Part shown: positions 1-10,900 of the stretch, in pieces
How the letters are laid out: every line of letters starts with the position of its first letter
Numbering within the stretch: the first letter of the stretch is position 1
Virus record (IMG/VR): IMGVR_UViG_3300008113_000015
Span: 107,609-127,608 of that record
Direction: 5' to 3' (one strand)
Source: an uncultured virus (IMG/VR IMGVR_UViG_3300008113_000015)
Lineage: Duplodnaviria; Heunggongvirae; Uroviricota; Caudoviricetes
Length of the DNA stretch: 20,000 bases
Translations under genes and position numbers: made by a program
Notes under the pieces: model-generated
Told to the model about the DNA's origin: nothing
Seen by the model: the letters and a program-made list of their open reading frames with translations, nothing else
Databases searched by the model: none

Positions 1-444
1 AGCTGGAATATTGTTAATAGTAGCAAAGTTTTGCCACTTGGTATTTTGCAGACCATATTCAAAGTCAGCGTCAATTAGGGCCTGTGGGTTACTGATTCGT
101 TCACGTCCAATTGCGTCTAGACCAAAACTCCACGGTTGTACAATCATCTCAGCGTTTTCTACCCAGATAGCCAACTTGTCATTGGGATCCATGGCAGAAG
201 TATCAGTGTCCAAGGTAAGTGTTGTAACACCATCGTAGGCTGCAGGGAAGTCGTTGGTTGGGCCTGCTGTCCAGGCCACTGTGCCGCCTAACGAAGGATC
301 ACCAAAATTGTAGATGCAGATACCGTCTGTTGTGTTATAAATGGCAAGGAATTCAGGCAAATTTACCCGGCCTACTATTTTGACGGTGCCTACACCAGCA
401 GTGCTAGGGGTAAAAACGTAATTATTAACTCGTTGTCGTGCCAT
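1..444 (-). CDS. Phage virion structural protein, N-terminal part (runs off the left edge; not in the ORF track)
   Basis: Translated by hand from the ATG at 444 with 148 open codons: MARQRVNNYVFTPSTAGVGTVKIVG...LAIYNTTDGICIYNFGDP...DAIGRERISNPQALIDADFEYGLQNTKWQ. A GGAG RBS lies in the end of the upstream gene. The R(I/V)SNPQxLIDxDFEYGLQxTKW motif is one I recognise from large structural proteins of aquatic T4-like phages. Confidence 0.85.
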   Translation of the reverse strand, partial: MARQRVNNYVFTPSTAGVGTVKIVGRVNLPEFLAIYNTTDGICIYNFGDPSLGGTVAWTAGPTNDFPAAYDGVTTLTLDTDTSAMDPNDKLAIWVENAEMIVQPWSFGLDAIGRERISNPQALIDADFEYGLQNTKWQNFATINNIPA

Positions 445-447
445 TTC

Positions 448-840
448 TTAAACTCCAAATATGATTTGATTAGCTGTCAACGTTGCTTGAGTAGTCGTTG
501 AAAACTTGTTATAACCAATAGTACCATTGGCAATTTTACTGTTGGTCACTGTGCCATCGCTGGGTGTGCCAGTATATAGTGTGTCACCCATAATGACACC
601 AAAGAATGGTGTCAATGTTGCCGGCGGTGTGGTAAAACTGATATTTGATCCTGATATACTAAATCCCACTCCAGGGTTCAATACAACATTGTTCAAGCTT
701 ACCATCATTGCATAGGCAGTGGGAGGAGAGAAAGATGTTCCGCCCACGGTGATCGGAAACACTGTGTCTGTGCCGTTGAATGCCGGCGTGTCCATGTATC
801 TGTATTGCCCAATCTGCGGTGTATTACCCAAGTAAGCCAT
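448..840 (-). CDS. Small virion structural or fibre-associated protein (130 aa)
   Basis: RBS TAAGGAAAACAAATG and TAA stop. It has a MAYLGNTP start and an FNGxxTxF...VSLNNVVLNPGxxFSISGSNISFTTPP beta-sandwich module, also present at the N-terminus of the 872..4567 protein. Confidence 0.85.
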   Translation of the reverse strand: MAYLGNTPQIGQYRYMDTPAFNGTDTVFPITVGGTSFSPPTAYAMMVSLNNVVLNPGVGFSISGSNISFTTPPATLTPFFGVIMGDTLYTGTPSDGTVTNSKIANGTIGYNKFSTTTQATLTANQIIFGV

Positions 841-849
841 TTGTTTTCC

Positions 850-1040
850 TTATAGTCTGCCAACCACAACTTCAATTGTGCCTGACTCTCCGTTGAAATC
901 TTCCAACGCTTTTCCAATTACACTGCCCAGTGTGGGTGTTGTGCAGGCCATGGCATGACCGTTGCCTGCTGACACCATCATTTGTCCTTTGCGCACTGTG
1001 CCAATGACCTTGACAGGAACTCGTCCCATCAATGCCACCA
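850..1040 (-). pseudogene. Out-of-frame distal half of the C-terminal intramolecular chaperone (peptidase G2-like) domain of the 872..4567 fibre
   Basis: Encodes VALMGRVPVKVIGTVRKGQMMVSAGNGHAMAC...VIGKALEDFNGESGTIEVVVGRL*. This is colinear with the end of the intact paralogue 13016..15892 but lies in the +1 frame relative to 872..4567. Confidence 0.85.
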
Positions 1041-4000
1041 AACTCAACCACTGTTCCTGGCTCATATTCAGCATCTGCTGAATAGTTTTCTGCCAAGTCG
1101 GCATACTGTGCTGTTGTTGCTTTGGCAAACACAGTGTTGAATGTGGTAGTTGTGCTACCGATGTTGCCAACGCCAGTTGATGCACCGTTTACAATAGCAG
1201 TAGCGGCTGCACCTGAATTCACTGTGATTGCGCCACTTACTGTGAGTGCAGTGAGTGTACCAACACTTGTGATGTTACCTTGCGCGGCTGTGGTCACTGT
1301 ACCTGCTGTGGTTGCCGAAGTGGCTGCTCCACTCAATGTAGCAGTAATAGTACCTGCACTAAAGTTACCTGACGCATCACGAGCAACTACTTTGCTGGCT
1401 GTATTAGCACTAGTGGCATCAACTGCGGCTGTAACGGCTGAACTACCATTGTAGCTTGTGCCGGTTAAGTATGTGCCCAAAGTCAGTGCATTAGTTGCTG
1501 TGGCTGTTATAGTTCCCGATCCGCCTAGGGCAATTGCAGTACCGTTAACCGTCAAGCTAGCGTTGGCCAATCTAGCTTGTGCCAATGTGCCTGATGAAAT
1601 ATTAGTAGCACTGATTGATGTTACGTTTGCACCTGAGCCGTTGAGTGTTCCAATAAAGTTACCGCTGGTGGTGTTACCAGTTACTGCCAAACTGCCTAGT
1701 GTACCTACACTAGTAATGTTTGTTTGTGAGGCTGTGGTCAATGTACCTACAATGCTAGTACCACTTAGGTTACCTGATGTGATATTGCCAGTTACTGCCA
1801 AACTGCCTAGTGTACCTACACTAGTAATGTTTGTTTGTGCGGCTGTGGTCAGCGTACCAACAATACTTGTGCCTTGCAAGTTACCTGATGTGATGTTGCC
1901 AGTTACTGCCAAACTAGTCAATGTACCAACACTTGTAATGTTAGCTTGTGCCGCATTAGTCACTGTGGCTGCTGTAGTTGCAGAAGTGGCTGCACCACTT
2001 AGAGTAGCTGTAATTGTATTGGCTGCAAAGTTACCAGCACTATCACGCAATACCACGGTGCTTGCACTGTTGGCAGTGTTTGAACTCAATGTAACTGTGA
2101 TATTGCCAGTACCAGCACTGGTAGTAATGCCTGTACCGCTGACAGCAAAATTACCAACACCTGTGTGAGTGTGGTCTGCGCGAGCGTATCTTAGGCTGGT
2201 ACCAATTGCGGCTGAACCAATATTGGTTGGAGCCACTGAACTGGCCTGTCCAACTACATAAGCAGTTGTAGCAACTTGGGTAGTATTTGTATCTGCCGCA
2301 GCAGTGGCAGCAGTGACAATGTTGGTAAATGCAGCGTTGTTGGCAGTGATGTTGCCACTGGCACTAACACTGGCTCCAATTACTGCCGCAACAGCAACTA
2401 AATTGCCGCCAGCTACGTTAGCAGTAGATGTAATATTGCCTGTGGCTGTAACTAGTCCAGCTGTAACAATGTTTCCGCCTGTGACGTTGCCTGTAGTTGA
2501 TACTGAGCCACCAACTGATATAAGACCAGTAGTGAGCAAGTTACCACCAGTAACGTTGCCACTTGCACTTATGGTTGTGGCACCTGTAATAGCACCAGTT
2601 AATGCCAAACTAGCTGCATTGACTGCACCAACGGCTGTAATCAGTCCACCTGTGACAATGTTACCGCCTTGAATGTTGCCAGTGGCTGTAATCAACCCCG
2701 CTGTGGTAATATTGCCACCAGTAATGTTGGCTGCAGAAACAATGTTTGCTGTGGCTGTTATTCTGCCACCAGTTGTTAAGTTGCCGCCAGTGACGTTACC
2801 AGTGGCTGTTATCAAACCAGCTGTGGTAATGTTGCCGCCAGTGACGTTACCAGTGGCACTAGCAATACCAGTTACATACACTCCGTCTGTTGCAGCAACT
2901 AATACGTTAGCTGTGCCACCAACCTGTACTGTGACGTCGGAGTTAGCAATTACTCTGACGTTAGATGTGCCATTAGTAAGTTGTGTGGTACTCAATCCAC
3001 TCAACAAGGATCCATTGCCTAATATGAAGTTTCCAGATATGTTTCCTGTGGCTGTGATGTTTCCTGTGGCACTTAAAATTGCTGCATTTACATTGCCGCC
3101 ATTGATGTTACCTGTGGCTGAAACTAGTCCGCCTGTGTTGATATTGCTACCTGTGACATTACCTGTAGCAATAACAGCTCCGGTTGCTGACACAATAGCG
3201 GTATTAACATTGCCGCCATTGATGTTACCTGTGGCTGAAACTAGTCCGCCTGTGTTGATGTTGCTACCTGTAACGTTGCCTGAGCCGCTGAGTGTGGTTC
3301 CAGAAATTGCTGTACCAGTAATGGCTCCACCAGCAGTGATCAAACCAGTACTGATGATGTTTCCACCAGTGACATTGGCTGCACTGGTAATATTTCCAGT
3401 AGCGGTGATCAATCCACCTGTTTGAACATTGGCTCCGAGTACATTGCCTGCGGCGCTGAGATTGCCTGTAGTAGTGGCCAGTCCTGTGATAGCAACACCA
3501 GTTGAACTAATAGTGGCAATCGTGATACCATTTACGTTTTGAACGATGCTGCCATTAGGGCTAGCAATAATAACTTTAGAATTGGCATTGAGAATCTGTG
3601 TAGTATCAGTACTGATTCCAGTAAGAGCACTACCATTGCCTACAAAGTATGCAGCATCAACATTACCAGACGCACTTACAGTACCAGTAACAAAATCCTC
3701 AAGTACAAAGCTGGCATTGCCGGTATCAACTACTGTGGTAGGTTTGGCAGTTAAGTTACCAAACAGCTTCCATCTTCCGTCAGTGATATCACGGAACAGT
3801 CCTGAGTATCGTGTGACTCCATCATTGTATTCAGTTACAAAACCCGAATCGTATGTGTCGCCAGGGTTGGCATTGGCCAAGAAAATAAATGGATCAGTTA
3901 CGTCCAGACTGTCGGTGCCTGTTGTGGTAAATGTTCCGTTGACAACAAAGTCGCCCACACAGGTGATATTTTGCCCAACATTCAAGTTGCCAGTTATACC

Positions 4001-4567
4001 CACACCACCGCCAAATACACCACTGCCTGTGGCTACGTTTGAACTAACTGTAGTGCTAGTAATAGACAAATCACCGTTGGCATTGATATTGCCAGATACA
4101 CCAACTCCACCGTTGAGCACCAAAACTCCAGTGGTGTTACTGGTGCTAGCAGCGTTTGAATTTATGGTTATTTTTTGTGAACCTGCCACTGTCACTGACA
4201 TAGAAGTAGCGTTTGCCCAATACAATCCTGTGTTGTTGGCCGCAAGGCTATAAACGCCGGGTGCTCCTACTGTGCCTGCTGGAAAAGCAGTGGTTTGTAA
4301 ATTTAGGGTGTTAAGTGCTCCAGCACGAAAAGTAACAGTGATATTGTTTGTTGCTGATGCAGGAGGTGCTGTAAACAGTAACACAGTGCCTTCTGCATCG
4401 TAATCAATGCCAGGGCGTTGCGCAGTACTACCAATCAGCACATCCAAATCGCTGGCTGATGCCACACTGCGATTTAACGCAAATTGCAAAGTAATACCAT
4501 CCCCACTGAAATATTGGGTACTGGTATTCAGCAGCGGTGTATTTGGATTTAGGCCGATATAGCTCAT
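872..4567 (-). CDS. Long tail-fibre-like Gly/Asn/Thr repeat protein (1231 aa as read); C-terminal chaperone disrupted by a frameshift near 1035; ancestral stop at 850
   Basis: ATG overlaps the upstream TAA (TAATG). It has an N-terminal FSGDGxTxxFxL beta-sandwich, 17-aa GNITGGNxxTxGLITAT repeats and TAAQxNITSVGTL repeats. These are followed by YADLAENYSADAEYEPGTVVEFGG and then an atypical tail ending in TGA. Confidence 0.85.
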   Translation of the reverse strand: MSYIGLNPNTPLLNTSTQYFSGDGITLQFALNRSVASASDLDVLIGSTAQRPGIDYDAEGTVLLFTAPPASATNNITVTFRAGALNTLNLQTTAFPAGTVGAPGVYSLAANNTGLYWANATSMSVTVAGSQKITINSNAASTSNTTGVLVLNGGVGVSGNINANGDLSITSTTVSSNVATGSGVFGGGVGITGNLNVGQNITCVGDFVVNGTFTTTGTDSLDVTDPFIFLANANPGDTYDSGFVTEYNDGVTRYSGLFRDITDGRWKLFGNLTAKPTTVVDTGNASFVLEDFVTGTVSASGNVDAAYFVGNGSALTGISTDTTQILNANSKVIIASPNGSIVQNVNGITIATISSTGVAITGLATTTGNLSAAGNVLGANVQTGGLITATGNITSAANVTGGNIISTGLITAGGAITGTAISGTTLSGSGNVTGSNINTGGLVSATGNINGGNVNTAIVSATGAVIATGNVTGSNINTGGLVSATGNINGGNVNAAILSATGNITATGNISGNFILGNGSLLSGLSTTQLTNGTSNVRVIANSDVTVQVGGTANVLVAATDGVYVTGIASATGNVTGGNITTAGLITATGNVTGGNLTTGGRITATANIVSAANITGGNITTAGLITATGNIQGGNIVTGGLITAVGAVNAASLALTGAITGATTISASGNVTGGNLLTTGLISVGGSVSTTGNVTGGNIVTAGLVTATGNITSTANVAGGNLVAVAAVIGASVSASGNITANNAAFTNIVTAATAAADTNTTQVATTAYVVGQASSVAPTNIGSAAIGTSLRYARADHTHTGVGNFAVSGTGITTSAGTGNITVTLSSNTANSASTVVLRDSAGNFAANTITATLSGAATSATTAATVTNAAQANITSVGTLTSLAVTGNITSGNLQGTSIVGTLTTAAQTNITSVGTLGSLAVTGNITSGNLSGTSIVGTLTTASQTNITSVGTLGSLAVTGNTTSGNFIGTLNGSGANVTSISATNISSGTLAQARLANASLTVNGTAIALGGSGTITATATNALTLGTYLTGTSYNGSSAVTAAVDATSANTASKVVARDASGNFSAGTITATLSGAATSATTAGTVTTAAQGNITSVGTLTALTVSGAITVNSGAAATAIVNGASTGVGNIGSTTTTFNTVFAKATTAQYADLAENYSADAEYEPGTVVEFGGIDGTSSCQGHWHSAQRTNDGVSRQRSCHGLHNTHTGQCNWKSVGRFQRRVRHN
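1677..1960. repeat. 111-nt-period (37-aa) tandem repeat, about 3 units, encoding GTSIVGTLTTAxQTNITSVGTLGSLAVTGNITSGNLx
   Basis: ccagttactgccaaactgcctagtgtacctacactagtaatgtttgtttgtg is identical at 1677 and 1788. A diverged third copy starts at 1899. Confidence 0.85.
3090..3280. repeat. 117-nt-period (39-aa) direct repeat within the fibre gene
   Basis: cattgccgccattgatgttacctgtggctgaaactagtccgcctgtgttgat occurs at about 3091 and about 3208. Confidence 0.8.
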
Positions 4568-4899
4568 TATGTGATTTCCAAAATGCTAAGAATTGCGTCT
4601 ACAGAGCTGGCCGCACTGCTTTGCACATAAATTTTATCGCCTGTGACCATCACAAGCTTTTGATCGCCACCAACTGCTACAAGGCTGGCGCCTGAAGAAA
4701 TTGGAGCATTGGCAGTAACAAAGACATTTGATGCTCCGTCATTCAGCCAAACATTGGCAGTTATTGCACTTCCTGTTTTATTTGTCACAGTCATGCCAAC
4801 CACTACCGTTGTGGTGTTAGCAGCCACAGTGTAACTTCCAACCTGAGTGGCTGTTGTTCCTACGTTTGTGCTCAGTTTTCTTGTAAAAGTATTTGCCAT
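4567..4899 (-). CDS. Small all-beta virion protein (110 aa), probable fibre cap or adaptor
   Basis: MANTFTRK...YTVAANTTTVVVGMTVTN...APISSGASL...GDQKLVMVTGDKIYVQSS...SVDAILSILEIT. I recognise this family from aquatic phages, where it follows proteins ending in ...IALG. An AGGA RBS overlaps the upstream stop. Confidence 0.85.
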   Translation of the reverse strand: MANTFTRKLSTNVGTTATQVGSYTVAANTTTVVVGMTVTNKTGSAITANVWLNDGASNVFVTANAPISSGASLVAVGGDQKLVMVTGDKIYVQSSAASSVDAILSILEIT

Positions 4900-4905
4900 T
4901 TCGTT

Positions 4906-7900
4906 TTATCCTAAAGCTATCGACAGTGCTACCGCATCATCTACTGTTGCTACTGGTTGTCCGTTGATATTTATGACCCCAGAAACTGCCACGTTACCGC
5001 CAACAATGTTTCCAGTGGCTGAAATTCGTCCGCCTGTGTTGATGTTGCCACCAGTGATGTTGCCTGTGGCTGTTACCAAACCAACTGTGGTTACATTTCC
5101 TGCAACAACGTTTCCAGTTGCGCTGACAGTGACTCCTTGCACCAGAGCCAGGCCAATTACATTACCACCAGTTATGTTACCAGTAACTGATACTAGGCCA
5201 GCTGTTAACAGATTGCCACCAGTTATGTTACCTGTTACCTGAGCAGTTGTAGCTGTCAGTGTTACAATGTTTCCACTGCCAGTGATGCTGATATTTCCGC
5301 CAATGATGTTGCCAGTGGCAGAAATATTTCCGCCTACTAGGCTTGCCGCAGTTACTGAACCATCAACGCCAAGGTTGCCTAACACGTTGCCAGTTAGACT
5401 CAGTGTACTACTGATCAAGTTTCCGCCAGTAATGTTACCAGTGGCCGATATTAAACCGCCTGTTCGCAGGTTACCACCAGTGACGTTGCCGCCCGCAGTA
5501 ACTTGTCCGTTGGTAATAAAGTTTGCACCCAACACATTACCTGTGGCTGAAACATAACCTGTAGCATCTGTATTACGAATAGTTAAGTCGAGACCAGTAA
5601 TGTTGCCACTAGCTGATATGTCACCACCGGTGAACAAGTTTCCGCCTGTGACTGTACCAGATGCACTGATTAGTCCACTAGTAATTAAATTGCCGCCAGC
5701 AATGTTGCCTGAACTAGTAACAATATTGCCTGCGGCTGTAATTGCGCCGTCTGCGGTGATATTGCCACCGTTGGCTGTGCTGATTGGACCGCCTACTGTG
5801 AATACATTTCCAACTTTGTTAAAGACCAGTCCTGCTGATCCCAGAGCCGACCCGTTGTCATTGTAAATGATCTGAGTGTTAGAAGATCCAGACAGTATCA
5901 GAGTTCCAATTAGGTTGCCACCAGTGATGTTGCCTGTGGCTGATATCAATCCGCCTGTTCTCAAGTTTCCACCAGTGATGTTGCCTGTGGCCGTGATCAA
6001 TCCGCTGGTGCCTATGTTAGCACCTGTCACGTTTGACAAACTTGTAACGTTACCTGTGGCAGTTACATACCCGTTTGTAATCACATTGGCGCCAAGCAAG
6101 TTGCCCGCTGCACTCATGTATCCCAGAGATATCAAGTTGCCAGATGTGAAATCTGCAATCACTGCTGAATTGCCAGTGACACTAAATCCACCATTAACTG
6201 TAACATTGCCAGTGGCACTGAGATTGTTGGTGTTGACAAAATTAACTGCTACAATATTACCGTTGCCGTAGATTTCTCCAGTAGCAAAAAATCCACCACT
6301 CAATGACACGTTACCAGCTGCAACGTTGCCTAAGGTTGTAATATTACCCACCGCAGAAACATGCCCAGTGGTGTTAAGATTTGCGCCAATGATATTACCT
6401 GTAGCAGAAACTAGTCCACCGGTATTAACGTTTGCGCCCTGAATGTTACCTGTGGCAGTTACTAATCCACCTGTGTTGATGTTACTACCAGTGACATTAC
6501 CTGAAGCTGAAACAATGCCTGTATTGACATTACCGCTGGTGACGTTGCCTGTGGCCGTAATCAATCCACTGGTGTTGATATTACCACCTGTGACATTGCC
6601 TGTGGCTTGTACTCCGGCAGATGTGTTGACGTTGCCTGTGGCAGTTACCAACCCACCAGTAGCAACATTACCACCAGTGATATTGCCTGTGGCTTGTACT
6701 CCAGCAGATGTGTTAACATTGCCTGTAGAAGTAACTAGTCCACCAGTGATCAGATTGCCTCCAATTACGTTGCCTGTTATTTCAGCAATACCAGATGCAC
6801 TCAAATTACCAGTTGATGTATTAGCTGTAACCGTTAGGTTAGTAAGAGTACCAACTCCTGTGGCTATCACACCAGTGAGCTGACTACCATTGCCAATAAA
6901 GAACGGTGCAGTTATGTTACCAGTGGCATTCAATGCTGTAGTAACGTTTCCACTCAAGCTCAATGTAGCTGCTTGCACTGCTCCTGTGATAATAGCGTTA
7001 CCGACTGCTACGTTGGCAGTGGTTGTGATGTTGGCAGTGGTGTTAATTGCGCTGACCACGTTGCCACTTAGGCTCAAGCCTGCGGCATTCAAATTACCAC
7101 CAGTTACGTTGCCTGTGACTGCTAGGCTGCCCAGTGTACCTACTGCTGTAATATTGGTTTGACTGGCAGTAGTCAAGGTACCAACAATGCTGACCCCTTC
7201 TAAGTTACCGCCGGTGATATTACCAAATGCGCTTACTTGTCCCAATGTGGTGATGTTACCGCCAGTAACGTTGCCAGCAGCAGTTACACTGCCTTGAGCA
7301 CTGACCAATCCTGTGGTATTGATATTCCCACCAGTTACATTACCAACTGCACTGGCAGCACCAGCTGAGTTAACTGTGCCTGCTGTGATTGTTCCTGTTA
7401 CATTTAGAGCACTTACAACATTACCACTTATACTCAATCCTGTGGCATTCAAATTACCGCCGGTGATGTTGCCTGTGGCTTGAATAGTTCCTGTGGCTGT
7501 AATCAACCCGCCAGTGATCAAATTGCCACCAGTTACGTTGCCAGTGGCTTGAATGGCTCCTGTGGCTGTAATCAACCCGCCAGTGATCAAATTGCCACCG
7601 GTGACATTGCCATTTATAGTTGCCAATCCGCTCGATACAATGTTACCGCCAGTTACGTTGCCTGTAGCGTCAACTGTGGTGCTAAACACTCCAGTGGCAT
7701 TGACATTGGCTGCTGCAACGTTGCCGCTGAATGCTCCTGAGGTAGCAATTACGTTGCCACCGCTGATGTTTGCACTGCTAACAATGTTGCCTGTGGCTTG
7801 AACAAATCCACCTGTGAGTATGTTACCGCCAGTTACGTTGCCTGTTGCGCTGATTGATTGGCTAGCAGTGACTACATTGCTTTCTAATGTTCCAACTTTG

Positions 7901-10900
7901 AACGTACCAAAGCTGTTGACCGTGACTACTTCGTTGGCAATAGAAACATCTGTGGCCGCAAACATCTTAGAATTCAGATTATCATAGCCAACAAACGCTT
8001 GTTTTTCTGCTCCAGAGAAATACCAAAGATCAATACCTCGATCTTTGCCATCGTTGGTTACCAAAGGCGTTCCATTGGGACCACGACCCATTTCAATAAT
8101 TGGATCTTCGACTGCCAGGGTGCTGACGTTCACATAGCTTATATTGCCGTTTACTGCAAGATCTCCACCAATGACAACATTACCTGTTGTTGTGATTGTG
8201 GCTGCACTCACTGAGCTTGCTGTACTAATTGCGCCAGTTGCATTGACCAGTCCTGTGAGATTGATATTGCCTGCATCCACATTGCCTGTGACACTCAAAG
8301 ACGGTAGTGTTCCAATGCTGGTGGCAACTACGCCAGTAAGTTGGCTACCATTACCAAGATAGAACGGAGCAGTTACATTTCCAGTGACATTCAACGGACT
8401 AATAACGTTTCCGCTGAGGCTTAGGCCAGTGCCAAAGTAGATTCCAGCTTGAACGTTGCCGGTTGAACTCAATGCCGCTGCGGTCACTGTGCCTGTGGCT
8501 GAAACATTTCCTGATGCAGCCAATCCAGTGGTATTGATATTACCGCCGGTGATGTTGGCTGTGGTTGTAATTGCACTAGTAGAGTTGATTGCACTCAGTA
8601 CGTTGCCACTCAAACTCAATGCACCAGTGTTGACGTTGCCACCAGTGATATTACCAGTGGCTGTGATCAAACCACTAGTGTTTAAATTGCCACCAGTGAT
8701 ATTGCCAATAGTGTTTACACCGCCAGTTGAACTGAGCACGCCATCGGTGTTGATATTTCCACCACGAACGTTGCCGGTTGCAGTTACTACACCACCAGTT
8801 GTAATGTTGGCACCATTGATATTACCAGTGGCTGTAATCAAACCACCTGTGCTGATATTTCCGCCAGTGACATTGCCAGTGACGTTTAAGCTTCCTAGGG
8901 TGCCAACCGCGGTAATATTGGTTTGGCTTGCAGTGGTCAACGTACCAGTAACAAATGTACCTGTTACGTTGCCTGTGGTCACGTTGCCAGTAAATGATCC
9001 TGTACCTGTAATGCTCAAACCTGTTGCTGCAAATGTTGCTACTCCAGATCCTGCTACACCCACCGTAACGTTACCACTTGCAGCGGCAACAACGTTTGAT
9101 GTTCCATTGACAATCGATGTTGGAGTTCCGCCGCCTGATATGCCAGTTAACAAACTACCGTTACCAATAAAGAAACTACCTGCAATATTAGCAGTAGTTG
9201 TGATGTTGGCTGCTGAAACTAACGCACTTACAACGTTGCCACTCAGACTCAAGCCTGCGGCATTCAAATTGCCTGCGGCTACATTTCCTGTTGCGCTCAA
9301 TGTTACACCAGAGATCACGTTGGCACCAGTGATGTTGCCCAGCGATCCAGATGTTGTGATGTTGCCAGCAGTGATGTTGGCTGTGGTTGTGATGTTGGCT
9401 GTGGTGTTGATTGCACTTACAACGTTGCCACTTAGACTCAATCCTGTGGCATTTAAGTTACCACCGTTGATGTTACCAGTTGCAGTAATTAAACCAGCTG
9501 TGGTGATATTACCACCGGTAACGTTACCTGTAGCTGAAACTAAACCACCTGTATTAAAGTTGCCGCCACCAATGTTGCCAGTTGTCAATATTGGATTATT
9601 TGCAAAAGCAGCCAAATTAGCCGCCACGTTGGCGTTGCCATATGTTGCTGCCAGGCCAGTTAGCAACGAGCCATTACCAATGAAGAATCCGCCTGCAATG
9701 TTTGCAGTAGTTGTGATATTGGCTGCTGATACCAAAGCTGATACAACGTTGCCACTTAAACTCAATCCTGCGGCATTTAGGTTACCACCTGTGACGTTAC
9801 CTGTAACACCCAATGATGTTAATGTGCCAACACTGGTGATATTAGGTTGTGCGGCTGTACTCAATGTGCCAGCAATACCGGTTGCGCTAATGTTACCGCC
9901 TGCAATGTTACCAGTTACTGCTAATGAGCCTAGTGTACCAACACTGGTAATATTGGTCTGAGCGGCTGTTGCCAAAGTACCAACAATATTGGTACCACTT
10001 AGGTTGCCACCAACAATGTTGCCTGTGGCCGAAATTAACCCTGCGGTATTGATGTTACCACCAACCACGTTGCCGCTGGCGCTAACTGTTGCTGCTTGAA
10101 CCAAAGTTGTAGCTGCAATGTTGCCAGCACTGATGTTACCAACAGTGTTGACGTTGCCACCAACCACGTTGCCTTGAGCACTCACAATACCCAATACTGC
10201 CAGTGTGTTGGCATCTTTGTTGTAGGTCAATCCGCCAACAGCATCTACGTTGCCGTTGGTGTTGAACAATACTTGTGTGTTAGCACCAGGAACAACAATG
10301 TTACCTGTGATGTTGCCAGCAAAGTTACCCACAAAGAACGCATCTGTTACAATGTTTCCAATTGCACTTACAATACCTTGTGTGGTTAAGTTACCGCCGG
10401 CTACGTTGCCTACAGCAGTAACGCTGGCTGGAGAAAACGCACCAGTTAGACTCAAGTTACCACCAGCAATGTTTGCTGTTGTAGTGATGTTGCCTGTGGC
10501 ACTTACAACACCTGTGTTAACATTGCCACCAGTGATATTTGCAGTGGTTGTAATTGCACTTGTGGTGTTGATTGCACTCACAACGTTACCACTTAGACTC
10601 AATCCTGTGGCGTTTAAATTACCGCCAGTGACGTTACCGGTAGCTGTAATCTGCCCTGCTGTGCGTAGATTACCGCCATCTATGTTGCCAGTGACCGAAA
10701 CATTGCCCACGGTCAATAGATTGTCATCGGTACGGTAGGTAAGATTCACATCCGCCCGTGCTATCTGGGCCGTGGTACGATTCTCTACGAATGTAGGATA
10801 GTAAATGGTTGTTAGGCCGTTTGTGTCTGTTACATCAACGGTTACAGCATTGACCCCTGTGAGTTGTGAGCCATTACCTAAAATGTAGTTGCCTGAAATG

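Noticed and set aside
11..917. Short ORFs 11..238 (+), 527..715 (+) and 705..917 (-)
   Set aside because: They overlap better-supported minus-strand genes in other frames or on the opposite strand and show no recognisable features.
850..1185. The 111-aa ORF as an independent gene, or a programmed frameshift product
   Set aside because: Its first half is off-frame fibre sequence without an RBS. There is no slippery heptamer at the junction, and frameshifting would not restore the 38 missing conserved residues.
1677..1960. CRISPR-like array from the exact repeats of about 50 nt
   Set aside because: The periods are multiples of 3, the intervening sequences are homologous to each other, and all lie inside coding repeats.
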